Shown: in pieces, positions 1 to 8,659 of the stretch
Numbering within the stretch: position 1 is the stretch's first letter
Layout: every line of letters begins with the position of its first letter
NCBI GenBank assembly: GCA_023230105.1
Contig: JALNXY010000002.1
Span: forward strand, 129,181-193,180
Reading direction: 5' to 3'
DNA from: Verrucomicrobiota bacterium
Lineage (GTDB): Bacteria; Verrucomicrobiota; Verrucomicrobiia; Limisphaerales; UBA1412
DNA: 64,000 bases
Translations under genes and position numbers: made by a program
Notes under the pieces: generated by a model
Database searches by the model: none
Told to the model about the DNA's origin: nothing
The model's input: the letters and a program-made list of their open reading frames with translations, nothing else

Positions 1-793
1 CCGCTTGGAGCACCGTCGAGAGCTGAACACGAATCTGCTCCTGCTGAGTCACCGGGAAAGCGTTCACGATACGGTCAATCGTCTTGGCGGCACCGGTCGT
101 GTGCAGAGTACCGAAAACCAAGTGACCGGTTTCGGCCGCGGTAATGGCCGCTTCCATGGTCTCGAGGTCACGAAGCTCACCGACCAGAATGATATCCGGA
201 TCCTGACGCAAAGCGCGGCGCAGAGCTTCAGCAAAGCTGGGGACGTCGACGTGAACCTCACGCTGTGTGACGACGGCCTGCTTGTGATGGTGGTAGTACT
301 CGATGGGGTCTTCAACCGTGATAATATGCGCCTCATCACGCTCGATATTGATGATATCAATCATGGAGGCGAGGGTGGTGGATTTACCCGAACCGGTCGG
401 ACCTGTCACCAAGACCAGACCTCTGGGCTTGTAGAGCAATTCACGCACCGAGGCCGGCAAACCGATCTGCTCCATCGTCAGAAGCTTGCTGGGAATCTGG
501 CGCAGCACCATCGCAAAGTTACCGCGTTCCTTGAAAACGCTCACACGGAAACGGGCCATTTCACCGAATGCAAAACCGAAGTCCGAACCGCCCTGCTCAC
601 GTACCGACTGTATATGATCTTCAGAAGTAATGCTCCTGGACAACTCTTCCGTATCCTCCGGAGCCAACGGAGGACCTTCAACCCGATGCAAACGCCCATG
701 AACACGGATTACGGGAGGAATCCCCACTCGAAGGTGCAAGTCTGACGCTCCTTCGGAGACGGTCAGCTGCAATAAATCTGACATTGAATACAT
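1..793 (-). CDS. pilT: Type IV pilus retraction ATPase PilT (twitching motility); C-terminus runs off the left window edge
   Basis: Absent from the ORF track because it has no stop in the window. Manual reverse-strand translation from ATG at 793 (alternative ATG at 784) gives [33 protein letters not shown]...[21 protein letters not shown]...ITVEDPIEY...[12 protein letters not shown]...[11 protein letters not shown]. These are the Walker A, Asp box, Walker B and His box of PilT/PilU. Confidence 0.9.
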   Translation of the reverse strand, partial: MYSMSDLLQLTVSEGASDLHLRVGIPPVIRVHGRLHRVEGPPLAPEDTEELSRSITSEDHIQSVREQGGSDFGFAFGEMARFRVSVFKERGNFAMVLRQIPSKLLTMEQIGLPASVRELLYKPRGLVLVTGPTGSGKSTTLASMIDIINIERDEAHIITVEDPIEYYHHHKQAVVTQREVHVDVPSFAEALRRALRQDPDIILVGELRDLETMEAAITAAETGHLVFGTLHTTGAAKTIDRIVNAFPVTQQEQIRVQLSTVLQA

Positions 794-834
794 ATTCTAA
801 TTATCTTCTATCAACAAATTTTAAACCTGTACAA

Positions 835-2550
835 CTACTGCTCTAATTCGCTCACCGTTGTCTGGATGACCTCTTCGGCCGATGTCATTCCGGCCAATAC
901 CTTCCGGATACCATCCTCACGCAACGTCCTCATACCCAGTTCCCGGGCCTTGTTGCGCAGCACAGAGGCAGAGAGCTTTTCATAAATCAGTTTTCGTGCC
1001 ACATCGCCCACCTGGAATATCTCGAAAATACCGATACGTCCACGGTAGCCATTCTTACAATTGGGGCATCCTTTGCCCAACTGCACATTGCCGGCAGCCT
1101 CAGTCGCTTCATCAATCTGCAGAACATGGCGCTCGTGCTCAGTCAAACGTGCCGGAGCCGTGCACTTCTTGCATATCTTGCGCACCAGACGTTGTGCCAT
1201 GAAAGCTCGGGCCGAAGTGGCCACAAGGAAGGGTTTCACACCGATATCGATCAAACGGGTTACGGCGCTGGGTGCGTCATTGGTGTGAAGCGTTGAAAAG
1301 ACCAAGTGACCCGTCAGAGACGCATTGATCGCGATAGAAGCCGTCTCAAGGTCACGAATTTCACCCACCATGATAATGTTAGGCGCCTGGCGGAGAATGG
1401 CCCTCAGAGCCATACTGAAGCTCAGTCCCACGCCCTCATTAACGTGAACCTGGTTAATACCGCTCAGCACGTATTCCACAGGGTCCTCCACCGTAATGAT
1501 CTTTCTATCAGGCCGGTTGATGTAGTTCAAACAGGCATAGAGAGTCGTCGTCTTGCCCGACCCGGTCGGACCCGTAACCAGGACAATTCCATCAGGCAAA
1601 CTGATCAGGCGCTCAAACACCTGTTGGTCATCCGTGAGGAATCCCAGCTCAGCCAAACCCAGTTTGATACCCTCTTTATCCAAAATACGCATGACGATAC
1701 TTTCGCCATGCGTCGTCGGAAGACAGGAAACACGGAAGTCGAGCGATTTGCCGGCAATATTCATCTGAATACGTCCGTCCTGAGGGATTCGCCTCTCGGC
1801 AATGGACATATTGGATTGAATCTTCAAACGGGTAATCACCGTTGCCTGCAACCGCTTGGGCGGGCCTTTGACTTCGTGCAGGTTACCGTCAATACGGTAG
1901 CGGACTCGGAAAGTTTTCGCCATCGGCTCCAGGTGAATATCTGAAGCACGAGATTTGTAAGCGTCTACAATAATGCTGTTGACCAGTTTGATAATAGGAG
2001 CATCCGCATCTACCACCGAACCATCATCAGCAGTGGCCAAAATACCCTCGGGCCCACCGATATCGATCTCTCCTTCGGTGATCTCCTGGATCATTTTACC
2101 CAGTGAGTTATCCGCTGAGCCATAGTAGCGCTCGATGGCATCTTCAATTTCCGATGCAGCCGCCACCCGCACCTCTACATCCGCATGCAACAAAAGGCGC
2201 AAACTGTCAATCGCCTCCAGGTCGGAGGGGTCCGATATGGCAACAATAATCCCCCCGGAGTCATTCTTTCCGATGGGAACTACATTATATTTCTTGGCCA
2301 GGTGGCGGGGGAGCAGCGCAATAATGTCGTCGGAGAGACGCATCCCGGTCAACTCCACCATTTCGGCGCCAAAATATGTCGCGCTTGCCCGTGTTACATC
2401 AATCGGCTGGAGTACACCTTGTTTGACCAAAGTATCCACCACGCCTTCTCCGCTCAGACCTGCCATCTCACGGGCGCCATCCAGTTGCTCCTGGGTGACT
2501 TGCCCCATGTCCACCAGCAAATCAATTAAAAAGTCGTCTTTCGTTGCCAC
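835..2550 (-). CDS. pilB: GspE/PilB-family type IV pilus or type II secretion assembly ATPase
   Basis: 571-aa ORF. N-terminal T2SSE_N-like domain (FLIDLLVDMGQVTQEQLDGA). Walker [45 protein letters not shown] and a C-terminal CxxC...CxxC tetracysteine (CKKC...CPNC). Confidence 0.9.
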   Translation of the reverse strand: MATKDDFLIDLLVDMGQVTQEQLDGAREMAGLSGEGVVDTLVKQGVLQPIDVTRASATYFGAEMVELTGMRLSDDIIALLPRHLAKKYNVVPIGKNDSGGIIVAISDPSDLEAIDSLRLLLHADVEVRVAAASEIEDAIERYYGSADNSLGKMIQEITEGEIDIGGPEGILATADDGSVVDADAPIIKLVNSIIVDAYKSRASDIHLEPMAKTFRVRYRIDGNLHEVKGPPKRLQATVITRLKIQSNMSIAERRIPQDGRIQMNIAGKSLDFRVSCLPTTHGESIVMRILDKEGIKLGLAELGFLTDDQQVFERLISLPDGIVLVTGPTGSGKTTTLYACLNYINRPDRKIITVEDPVEYVLSGINQVHVNEGVGLSFSMALRAILRQAPNIIMVGEIRDLETASIAINASLTGHLVFSTLHTNDAPSAVTRLIDIGVKPFLVATSARAFMAQRLVRKICKKCTAPARLTEHERHVLQIDEATEAAGNVQLGKGCPNCKNGYRGRIGIFEIFQVGDVARKLIYEKLSASVLRNKARELGMRTLREDGIRKVLAGMTSAEEVIQTTVSELEQ

Positions 2551-2804
2551 AAAATTCCTCTTATATACACTACAGGGCGAGAACTCTCACCCTTTCATAG
2601 GGGACATCCACACTCAAGCTCTTTTCTGCCGAAATGTAACACCCCTGCTGCGAGCAGACTACCCGAAAAAAAGGCTCACTCCAAGGTTTTTTTGGAAAGC
2701 CAATTGCTTTTTCTTCCTAAGCACCCCCGCCATTACTGACCGGTCGGTTTCAGTGTAACCTCTTTCTGAATTCTTATTAATAATATCTTTTCGTTCTTCT
2801 CAGG

Positions 2805-4223
2805 TTAATCCTCTTTAATCTCTTCCACAATTGCATCCGTCCCGCTATAGGAGATCACTCGAACGCGCGTTCCTTTGGGGAGCATTCCGTTTTGAGCGAT
2901 GACGTCGAGCGGGCGGCCTTCAATCTGCGCTTTTCCCCCGGGTCGCAAAACCGAGAGAGCAACGCCCTCTTTCCCCAGAATATTTTCCTGGAAAGAGACG
3001 ATATTCCGGGAATCCTCTTCTCCGCTCACACTGGATGGGATCATATGCATGTAAAACTTGGAATGCGGGAAATACCGGCCCAGGAGCAGAACCAGCACCG
3101 CCAGAACCGCCATCGCCGCCCCGAATTTCAGGAAAGGCAACCTCAATTGATCCCAGTGAGGCATCCAGCCGCCGCCGGGATAGAAATCCACCATTCCCAT
3201 GATTAAGGAGACAAGCATAAGGAGCAACCCCGAAAATCCGAAAATCATAAAACCGGGCAAGATAAATATCTCCACGGCAATTAACACCGCTCCGATCAGG
3301 AATAAGACAAGCCACTCCAGTCCTCCCAGCCCGGCGATATAATTGCCGAGGAAGTAGATCGACAATGCCGTAATCCCGATAATCCCGAAGATGCCAAACC
3401 CGGGAGTCTTATATTCTATAAAGAGCCCCAAGCCTCCGATAATTAAGAGGATAGAACTCCAGGCGCTGATCCAGCTGGCAATCGATTCAAACCCGATTTT
3501 TTCAACTTTCTTGACCTGAGCCGGATCCACTCCCAGCGTCCGGTAAAGCTCTTCGAGCGAGGGAATCGTCCCCAGAGAAAGTAGCGGCCGGGCCGACTCG
3601 CCGTATTTGCGTGCGGCTTCTTCGCTGGTCAGCGTCAGGAGTTCTCCCTTGGGGGAAAGAATCTCTTCGCCGATCACAAGCTCCTGATTGGGATCAATCA
3701 TCGCCTCGATCACATCCGGGTTATGCCCGTAGCGCTCAGCGCAGGCACGCATTTGAGCCCGGATCATCGAGACCACCTTCTGCTTGAGCGTTTCAGGTAT
3801 CTCCCCTCCTCCGGTCAAGCCGATGGGCCCGCCCATGATTGGGGCCGAGGCGCCGATCACGGCCCGCTCGCTCATGTAAATCTCTCGAGTCCCGTAAGCG
3901 ATAAACGCTCCGGCTGAAATGGCTTCATTATCGACATAGGTCACCGTCAGCCCGGGGAATTGCTCCAGCACATCAATAATTTTGAGCGTGCTGTCCAGAT
4001 CGCCGCCGGGAGTCTTCATATCCAGAATGACGACATCCGCCCTGGCCTCCATCGCCTCCTTGACTCCTCGGCGAATCACATAAAACATCGGCTTATCGAT
4101 TTGATCCCTCACCGGAATCACATAGGCGCTCCGCGGGGGCAACGCCTGGGCTGGCCCTTCCTGAGCCGGAAGAACCGGCGCACCCGCCAGCAGAGACCAG
4201 AAAACAATCAGCCAGAATCTCAT
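2805..4223 (-). CDS. NfeD-family membrane-bound ClpP-class serine protease
   Basis: 472 aa. Signal peptide, ClpP/SppA-like N-domain (VVILDMKTPGGDLDS...ISAGAFIA), a block of several TM helices, and a C-terminal NfeD OB-fold tail (GKAQIEGRPLDVIAQNGMLPKGTRVRV). Confidence 0.75.
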   Translation of the reverse strand: MRFWLIVFWSLLAGAPVLPAQEGPAQALPPRSAYVIPVRDQIDKPMFYVIRRGVKEAMEARADVVILDMKTPGGDLDSTLKIIDVLEQFPGLTVTYVDNEAISAGAFIAYGTREIYMSERAVIGASAPIMGGPIGLTGGGEIPETLKQKVVSMIRAQMRACAERYGHNPDVIEAMIDPNQELVIGEEILSPKGELLTLTSEEAARKYGESARPLLSLGTIPSLEELYRTLGVDPAQVKKVEKIGFESIASWISAWSSILLIIGGLGLFIEYKTPGFGIFGIIGITALSIYFLGNYIAGLGGLEWLVLFLIGAVLIAVEIFILPGFMIFGFSGLLLMLVSLIMGMVDFYPGGGWMPHWDQLRLPFLKFGAAMAVLAVLVLLLGRYFPHSKFYMHMIPSSVSGEEDSRNIVSFQENILGKEGVALSVLRPGGKAQIEGRPLDVIAQNGMLPKGTRVRVISYSGTDAIVEEIKED

Positions 4224-4268
4224 AGGATAAGTTTAGCACTCCTTTTACTCATTCTCAAGCAGCAAAAA

Positions 4269-4294
4269 AGCCGATCTTTCTTAAAAAATCGGCT
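4269..4294 (-). terminator. Rho-independent terminator downstream of pheS
   Basis: AGCCGAT/ATCGGCT 7-bp stem followed on the minus strand by TTTTTTG, 25 nt after the pheS stop. Confidence 0.6.
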
Positions 4295-4318
4295 TTCTCA
4301 GTTTGTTTTGAAGGAAAA

Positions 4319-5341
4319 TCAGAATTGCCTCAAAAAGCGCAAATCGTTTTCGTAGAAAAGGCGGATGTCGTTAATCCCGTAGCGGATCATGGCGATACGC
4401 TCAATGCCAAAACCGAAGGCCCAACCGGTCCATACCTCCGGGTCATAGCCCACCTGCTCGAATACGCTGGGGTGAACCATACCGCAGCCGGCGATCTCCA
4501 GCCATTCTTTGCCCATTTTCTTCACCAGCGGGGTGCTGAAATCAATCTCATAGCTGGGCTCCGTATAGGAGAAGTAATGCGGACGAAAACGTACTTTAAC
4601 CTCTTCGCCCAAAAGCTCTTTGAAGACGAATTCCACCGTCCCCTTGAGATCTCCCACCGTGACTCCCTTATCTACATAGAGTCCTTCAATCTGATGAAAG
4701 GTGGGATTATGGGTCGCATCTGCATTGTCGCGCCGATAGACACGCCCGGGCACGATGATACGCACCGGCGGGGCCTGTTTCTCCATAACGCGAATCTGCA
4801 CTGAAGAGGTGTGCGTGCGCAAAAGGCGATCCCTACCCTGCGCATCCGGCTCTCCGTTAATGAAAAAGGTGTCCTGGCTGTCACGGGCCGGGTGATCAGC
4901 CGGAGTATTGAGCGCGTCAAAGCAATGATATTCATCTTCAGCTTCGGGCCCATCGGCCACCACGAAACCGAGCTTTCTGAAAATCCGGATAATATCCTGG
5001 GTTACCTGGGTTAAGGGGTGGAATCCTCCAAAACGGTTCTGCCTGCCCGGCAGAGTAAAATCGGTTGCTTCCGTGGGCATCGCAGCCTTCAATTCCAGTT
5101 CGGCTTTGCGGCCATCCATGAGCCCAACCACTTCGGCTTTGGCCTGGTTAACGACCTTACCCGCCGTGGGGCGTTCTTCGGCGGGCAGCTTGCCCAGCTG
5201 CCTCAGTAAAGCATTAAACTGGCTATTGCTGCCGAGCCAGGTGACACGAGCCTCTTCCAGGGAGGCAAGATTGGAGGCTGTGTTCAATGCCTCCAGAGCC
5301 GATTTTTTGAGTGATTCTACTTGTTCAGAAAATGAGGACAT
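4319..5341 (-). CDS. pheS: Phenylalanine--tRNA ligase alpha subunit
   Basis: 340 aa with the typical PheS class II core (HPLTQV...FRKLGF, RTHTSSVQIR, PGRVYRRD, FHQIEGL, GCGMVHP, GFAFGFGIERIAM). No pheT follows it. Confidence 0.95.
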   Translation of the reverse strand: MSSFSEQVESLKKSALEALNTASNLASLEEARVTWLGSNSQFNALLRQLGKLPAEERPTAGKVVNQAKAEVVGLMDGRKAELELKAAMPTEATDFTLPGRQNRFGGFHPLTQVTQDIIRIFRKLGFVVADGPEAEDEYHCFDALNTPADHPARDSQDTFFINGEPDAQGRDRLLRTHTSSVQIRVMEKQAPPVRIIVPGRVYRRDNADATHNPTFHQIEGLYVDKGVTVGDLKGTVEFVFKELLGEEVKVRFRPHYFSYTEPSYEIDFSTPLVKKMGKEWLEIAGCGMVHPSVFEQVGYDPEVWTGWAFGFGIERIAMIRYGINDIRLFYENDLRFLRQF

Positions 5342-5368
5342 AACTAAAAGTGCCTGCTCTTAAAACAT

Positions 5369-5395
5369 GTAGAGACGCATTGTCTGCGTCTCTAC
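5369..5395 (-). terminator. Perfect 11-bp stem hairpin between rplT and pheS (terminator or attenuator)
   Basis: GTAGAGACGCA-ttgtc-TGCGTCTCTAC. On the minus strand it is followed by ATGTTTTAAG, about 25 nt before the pheS start. Confidence 0.5.
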
Positions 5396-5428
5396 CTTCA
5401 TTCGTTATTGTTAAACGCAGCTACGTTT

Positions 5429-5809
5429 TTAAGCTTTTTGAGCTTTCTTAGCTTTGTCTTCCAATCCTTTCTTGGCAGTCGCGACCATCTGCTCGAAAGC
5501 AGCCATATCCGTCGCGGCCAATTCGGCCAAAATCTTACGATCTACAACCACACTGGCGGCCTTGAGACCTTCAATGAACCGGCTGTAGGTGAGCCCTGCA
5601 GCGCGAGAGGCTGCATTAATACGAACTTGCCACAGATTGCGGAAATCGCGTTTGCGATTCCGGCGGTCACGATAGGCATACTGCCTGCCGTGATCCAGCG
5701 CGTCTGACGCATATCTATAGAGTTTTGACCTGCGGAAGCGGAAACCTTTTGCCGCCTCCAATACCCGCTTCCTGCGTTTCCGGGAAGCTACCGCATTTGT
5801 TACACGCAT
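5429..5809 (-). CDS. rplT: 50S ribosomal protein L20
   Basis: 126 aa, MRVTNAVASRKRRKRVLEAAKGFRFRRSKLYR...RDRRNRKRDFRNLWQVRINAA is a canonical L20 N-terminus. Confidence 0.95.
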   Translation of the reverse strand: MRVTNAVASRKRRKRVLEAAKGFRFRRSKLYRYASDALDHGRQYAYRDRRNRKRDFRNLWQVRINAASRAAGLTYSRFIEGLKAASVVVDRKILAELAATDMAAFEQMVATAKKGLEDKAKKAQKA

Positions 5810-5888
5810 CTTCTTTAGACCTTTTTATATCGGTACAGCCCGCTGCTGTTGATCGCCAGCTCGGAGCCGTTTTATTTGTTAAACAATG

Positions 5889-6098
5889 TTAATGATCAAA
5901 GGGCAAGTTTTGAGTTACTCTGTAAACATCGCTGTTGTGAGCAACCTCTGTGCCTTTCATATTCCGTCTCCGCTTCGGGCTTTTGCTCGAAAGCAAGTGA
6001 CGTTTTCCGGCACGGGTTCTCAGAACCTTACCCGTGGCAGTAAGCTTGAATCTCTTGGCTACTGCCTTCCGCGTTTTTATACCTTTTGGGCGTCGCAT
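5889..6098 (-). CDS. rpmI: 50S ribosomal protein L35
   Basis: 69 aa, basic, [29 protein letters not shown] matches the L35 signature, directly upstream of rplT. No infC upstream. Confidence 0.9.
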   Translation of the reverse strand: MRRPKGIKTRKAVAKRFKLTATGKVLRTRAGKRHLLSSKSPKRRRNMKGTEVAHNSDVYRVTQNLPFDH

Positions 6099-6220
6099 AC
6101 GTCATTCCTTTAATAAAAAAGGAGCAGGATTATATCCTTTCCTGCTCCGGGAATCAAGTCCGCAATAATTGCGGCCGTTTCCAGTTTGACTATTACCCCC
6201 AAAATTGCAAGACTATTTCC

Positions 6221-7315
6221 ATGCCAAATTCATTCGGCCAAATTTTTCGTATCACTACCTGGGGTGAATCTCACGGCGGATCGGTCGGTGTGGTTGTCGA
6301 TGGGTGCCCACCTAATATCCCATTGGATGAGAGTGACATCCAAGGTGAACTCAACCGGCGCAAACCGGGACAGTCTCGCATCACGACGCCACGCAAAGAA
6401 GAAGATTTGGCCCATATTTACTCGGGGACATTTCAGGGAAAAACGTTGGGAACTCCCATCTGCGTCATGGTAATGAACAAGGATGCGCGGCCCCATGATT
6501 ACGATGAAATCTCCACGAAATTTCGCCCCAGCCATTCTGATTTCGGCTACCAGACCAAATACGGAATTCGCAACTGGGAAGGCGGCGGCAGGTCCAGCGC
6601 CCGGGAGACCATTGGCAGAGTCGCTGCAGGCGCCATCGCCAAGAAAGTTTTAAAGCTCCTCTACAACGTGGAGATTCTCGCCTGTGTCGCGCAAATCCAC
6701 CACATCAAGGCCAATTTTGACCTCGAAAAGGTGACAATGGACCAGGTGGAGAGCTCAATCGTCCGCTGCCCAGACCCGGAAGCCGCTGAAAAAATGATTG
6801 CCTGTATTAAGGAAGCCCGCAGAGAAGGTGATTCAGTCGGGGGGATTATCCATTGCATCGCCCGCAATGTACCGGCGGCCTTGGGCGAACCGGTCTTCGA
6901 TAAGCTCGATGCCGACCTGGCCAAAGCCATGCTGAGTCTGCCGGCCGCCAAAGGTTTCGATCTGGGAACTGGCTTTGAGGCAGCACTTTACAAGGGCAGC
7001 GAGCACAACGATACCTACATCCCTCTTAACGGGAAAGTGGTCACAGCGACCAACCGCTCCGGGGGCATTCAGGGTGGAATCAGCAACGGAATGCCGATCA
7101 TCTTCCGCGTCGCTTTTAAACCGACTTCCACCATCATGCAACCCCAGAAAACCGTAACCGTGGAAGGCGAGGAAACCATCCTTCAGCCCAAAGGCCGCCA
7201 CGACCCCTGTGTGCTGCCCAGAGCTATCCCCATCGTGGAGGCTATGACAGCCATCACCTTGCTGGACCACGCACTCAGGCAAAACAGCCTGGAAATAAGC
7301 AGATTGCTTCACTAG
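6221..7315 (+). CDS. aroC: Chorismate synthase
   Basis: Track ORF 6086..7315. The internal ATG at 6221 gives [20 protein letters not shown], the canonical AroC N-terminus. Further motifs are [18 protein letters not shown] and [10 protein letters not shown]. The upstream extension overlaps rpmI and is rejected. Confidence 0.93.
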   Translation: MPNSFGQIFRITTWGESHGGSVGVVVDGCPPNIPLDESDIQGELNRRKPGQSRITTPRKEEDLAHIYSGTFQGKTLGTPICVMVMNKDARPHDYDEISTKFRPSHSDFGYQTKYGIRNWEGGGRSSARETIGRVAAGAIAKKVLKLLYNVEILACVAQIHHIKANFDLEKVTMDQVESSIVRCPDPEAAEKMIACIKEARREGDSVGGIIHCIARNVPAALGEPVFDKLDADLAKAMLSLPAAKGFDLGTGFEAALYKGSEHNDTYIPLNGKVVTATNRSGGIQGGISNGMPIIFRVAFKPTSTIMQPQKTVTVEGEETILQPKGRHDPCVLPRAIPIVEAMTAITLLDHALRQNSLEISRLLH

Positions 7316-7417
7316 AGGGAGATTGCTCGCCTGCTTTTTGGGTGCAGTCTCATCCCGGCAATGAGCGACACGCAATCCACCTCTTTTATAATCCCGTCAT
7401 TTTCCCTTACTGAGGCC

Positions 7418-7500
7418 GATAAAAAATTCACACAAAAAAACACACCGGCGGTTCCTAAGGGGTGTAGTTTGCGGTGAGGCAGGCCGCTTCCGAACGCATA
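7418..7500 (+). promoter_or_regulatory. Upstream region of the ECF sigma gene, copy A of a duplicated ~83-nt segment (candidate promoter/operator)
   Basis: GATAAAAAATTCACACAAAAAAACACACCGGCGGTTCCTAAGGGGTGTAGTTTGCGGTGAGGCAGGCCGCTTCCGAACGCATA recurs at 12718..12802 with about 10 mismatches by eye. It lies immediately 5' of the GTG start at 7512. I could not assign -35/-10 elements confidently. Confidence 0.5.
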
Positions 7501-7511
7501 TTGATTGAAAA

Positions 7512-8024
7512 GTGAAGAATCTTCCCTCCGACAAATGGAAAGATTGGATCGTGGAGAACCAGGACAAGTGGTTGCTCTACGCGCGTCAACAGTCCCGTTC
7601 GGAAGCGGATGCACAGGACCTCCTTCAGGAGTCTGTTCTGGCAATCTGGCAGCAATCCACTGCCAAGGCCGAGCCGCACCTGCCCCATGCCGGTGCCGTG
7701 TTCACCGCTATCCGCTTCCGGGCGATCAACTGGGCGCGAGCCAGCGACCGCAGGGAACGCAGAAATGAGGAATACTCCTATCTGGTGTGGAATAACCAAT
7801 CCGGCGCTAACACCTATGGTGAAGATGAACAACGAATGCTCCTGGAAGCACTTCGAGCTCTGCCCGAAGCCCAGGCGGAGACCGTCACTCTCAAAATCTG
7901 GGGCGGACTCACTTTCCAGGAGATTGCTGACATCTGCCAGTGCTCCATCAACACCATCACGGCCCGTTATCGCCAGGCACTACTGAAACTGCAAAGAGAG
8001 TTGAAAGGAACTTTTAGCAAATGA
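7512..8024 (+). CDS. ECF-type RNA polymerase sigma-70 family factor
   Basis: 170 aa, GTG start. Region 2 (DAQDLLQESVLAIWQQ...FTAIRFRAINWAR) and region 4 HTH (LPEAQAETVTLKIWGGLTFQEIADICQCSINTITARYRQALLKLQ). Confidence 0.9.
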   Translation: MKNLPSDKWKDWIVENQDKWLLYARQQSRSEADAQDLLQESVLAIWQQSTAKAEPHLPHAGAVFTAIRFRAINWARASDRRERRNEEYSYLVWNNQSGANTYGEDEQRMLLEALRALPEAQAETVTLKIWGGLTFQEIADICQCSINTITARYRQALLKLQRELKGTFSK

Positions 8025-8635
8025 AAGAAAGCCAATCCAATTACGATTCCGAGTTTCAGCAACTCGAACAACAACTCCGGAGCTTGAAACCGGCACCCAC
8101 CCCCCCGGAGCTGACCCGGAAGCTTCTGAAGATAACCTCTTCAGGACAAAGCTCCAACGACCGTTCATCCGGGCTGCTCTTTCTCAATCTAAGAAATATC
8201 AATCCGAGGAATATCTTTTGGGCTGCGGCGGCGATGCTGGCCCTGGCCTTTGTCACAACCTCCGCGCTCTGGTTTAAAACGCCTCAATCTCAAGTCGCAC
8301 AAACGGATTACTCTTCGGCATTTACCCTCCCCTCTCTGGATGATGTCAAGGGCAAGGCGTTGAAGTTCGTCGGGGTTTCAAAAATAATCGCCTCCGGCAT
8401 TGCGGATCAAGATGCCGCCCTCGCCTTCTTTAAATCCGTCGATAAAGGGCAATTCGGGCAGATGGCCTCTTCTCTGCAGACCGTTAAGGCTCTGCCTCCG
8501 CCTCTGCCGCCGGAACGAAAAGAGGAGGTTTTGAAAAAAACAAATGTCATGATGGAAGCTTTGGCCTCAGGGGCTCCCACCTTCCCTGCATTGGCGTTGG
8601 CCAGTGCTACCTTTTTCCCGAAAACAAAAAATTAA
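8021..8635 (+). CDS. Putative single-pass anti-sigma factor
   Basis: 204 aa. 4-nt ATGA overlap with the sigma gene, cytoplasmic N-terminus, one TM helix (IFWAAAAMLALAFVTTSALWF) and an extracytoplasmic C-domain. No HxxxCxxC zinc motif. Assignment is by position and topology only. Confidence 0.6.
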   Translation: MKESQSNYDSEFQQLEQQLRSLKPAPTPPELTRKLLKITSSGQSSNDRSSGLLFLNLRNINPRNIFWAAAAMLALAFVTTSALWFKTPQSQVAQTDYSSAFTLPSLDDVKGKALKFVGVSKIIASGIADQDAALAFFKSVDKGQFGQMASSLQTVKALPPPLPPERKEEVLKKTNVMMEALASGAPTFPALALASATFFPKTKN

Positions 8636-8659
8636 AGTCAATTTCATATATAAAGCATC

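Noticed and set aside
5-745. 246-aa plus-strand ORF at the left edge
   Set aside because: It is the antisense shadow of pilT. The minus strand encodes an uninterrupted PilT with all ATPase motifs, while the plus-strand product has no recognisable motifs and an Arg/Gly/His-rich composition typical of antisense frames.
7441-7470. AAAAAAACACACC-loop-GGTGTAGTTT as an intrinsic terminator of aroC
   Set aside because: The stem is only 5 bp with a 14-nt loop, and it lies about 120 nt past the aroC stop. The element is co-duplicated with the sigma-upstream segment, so a promoter or operator role is at least as likely. Not called.
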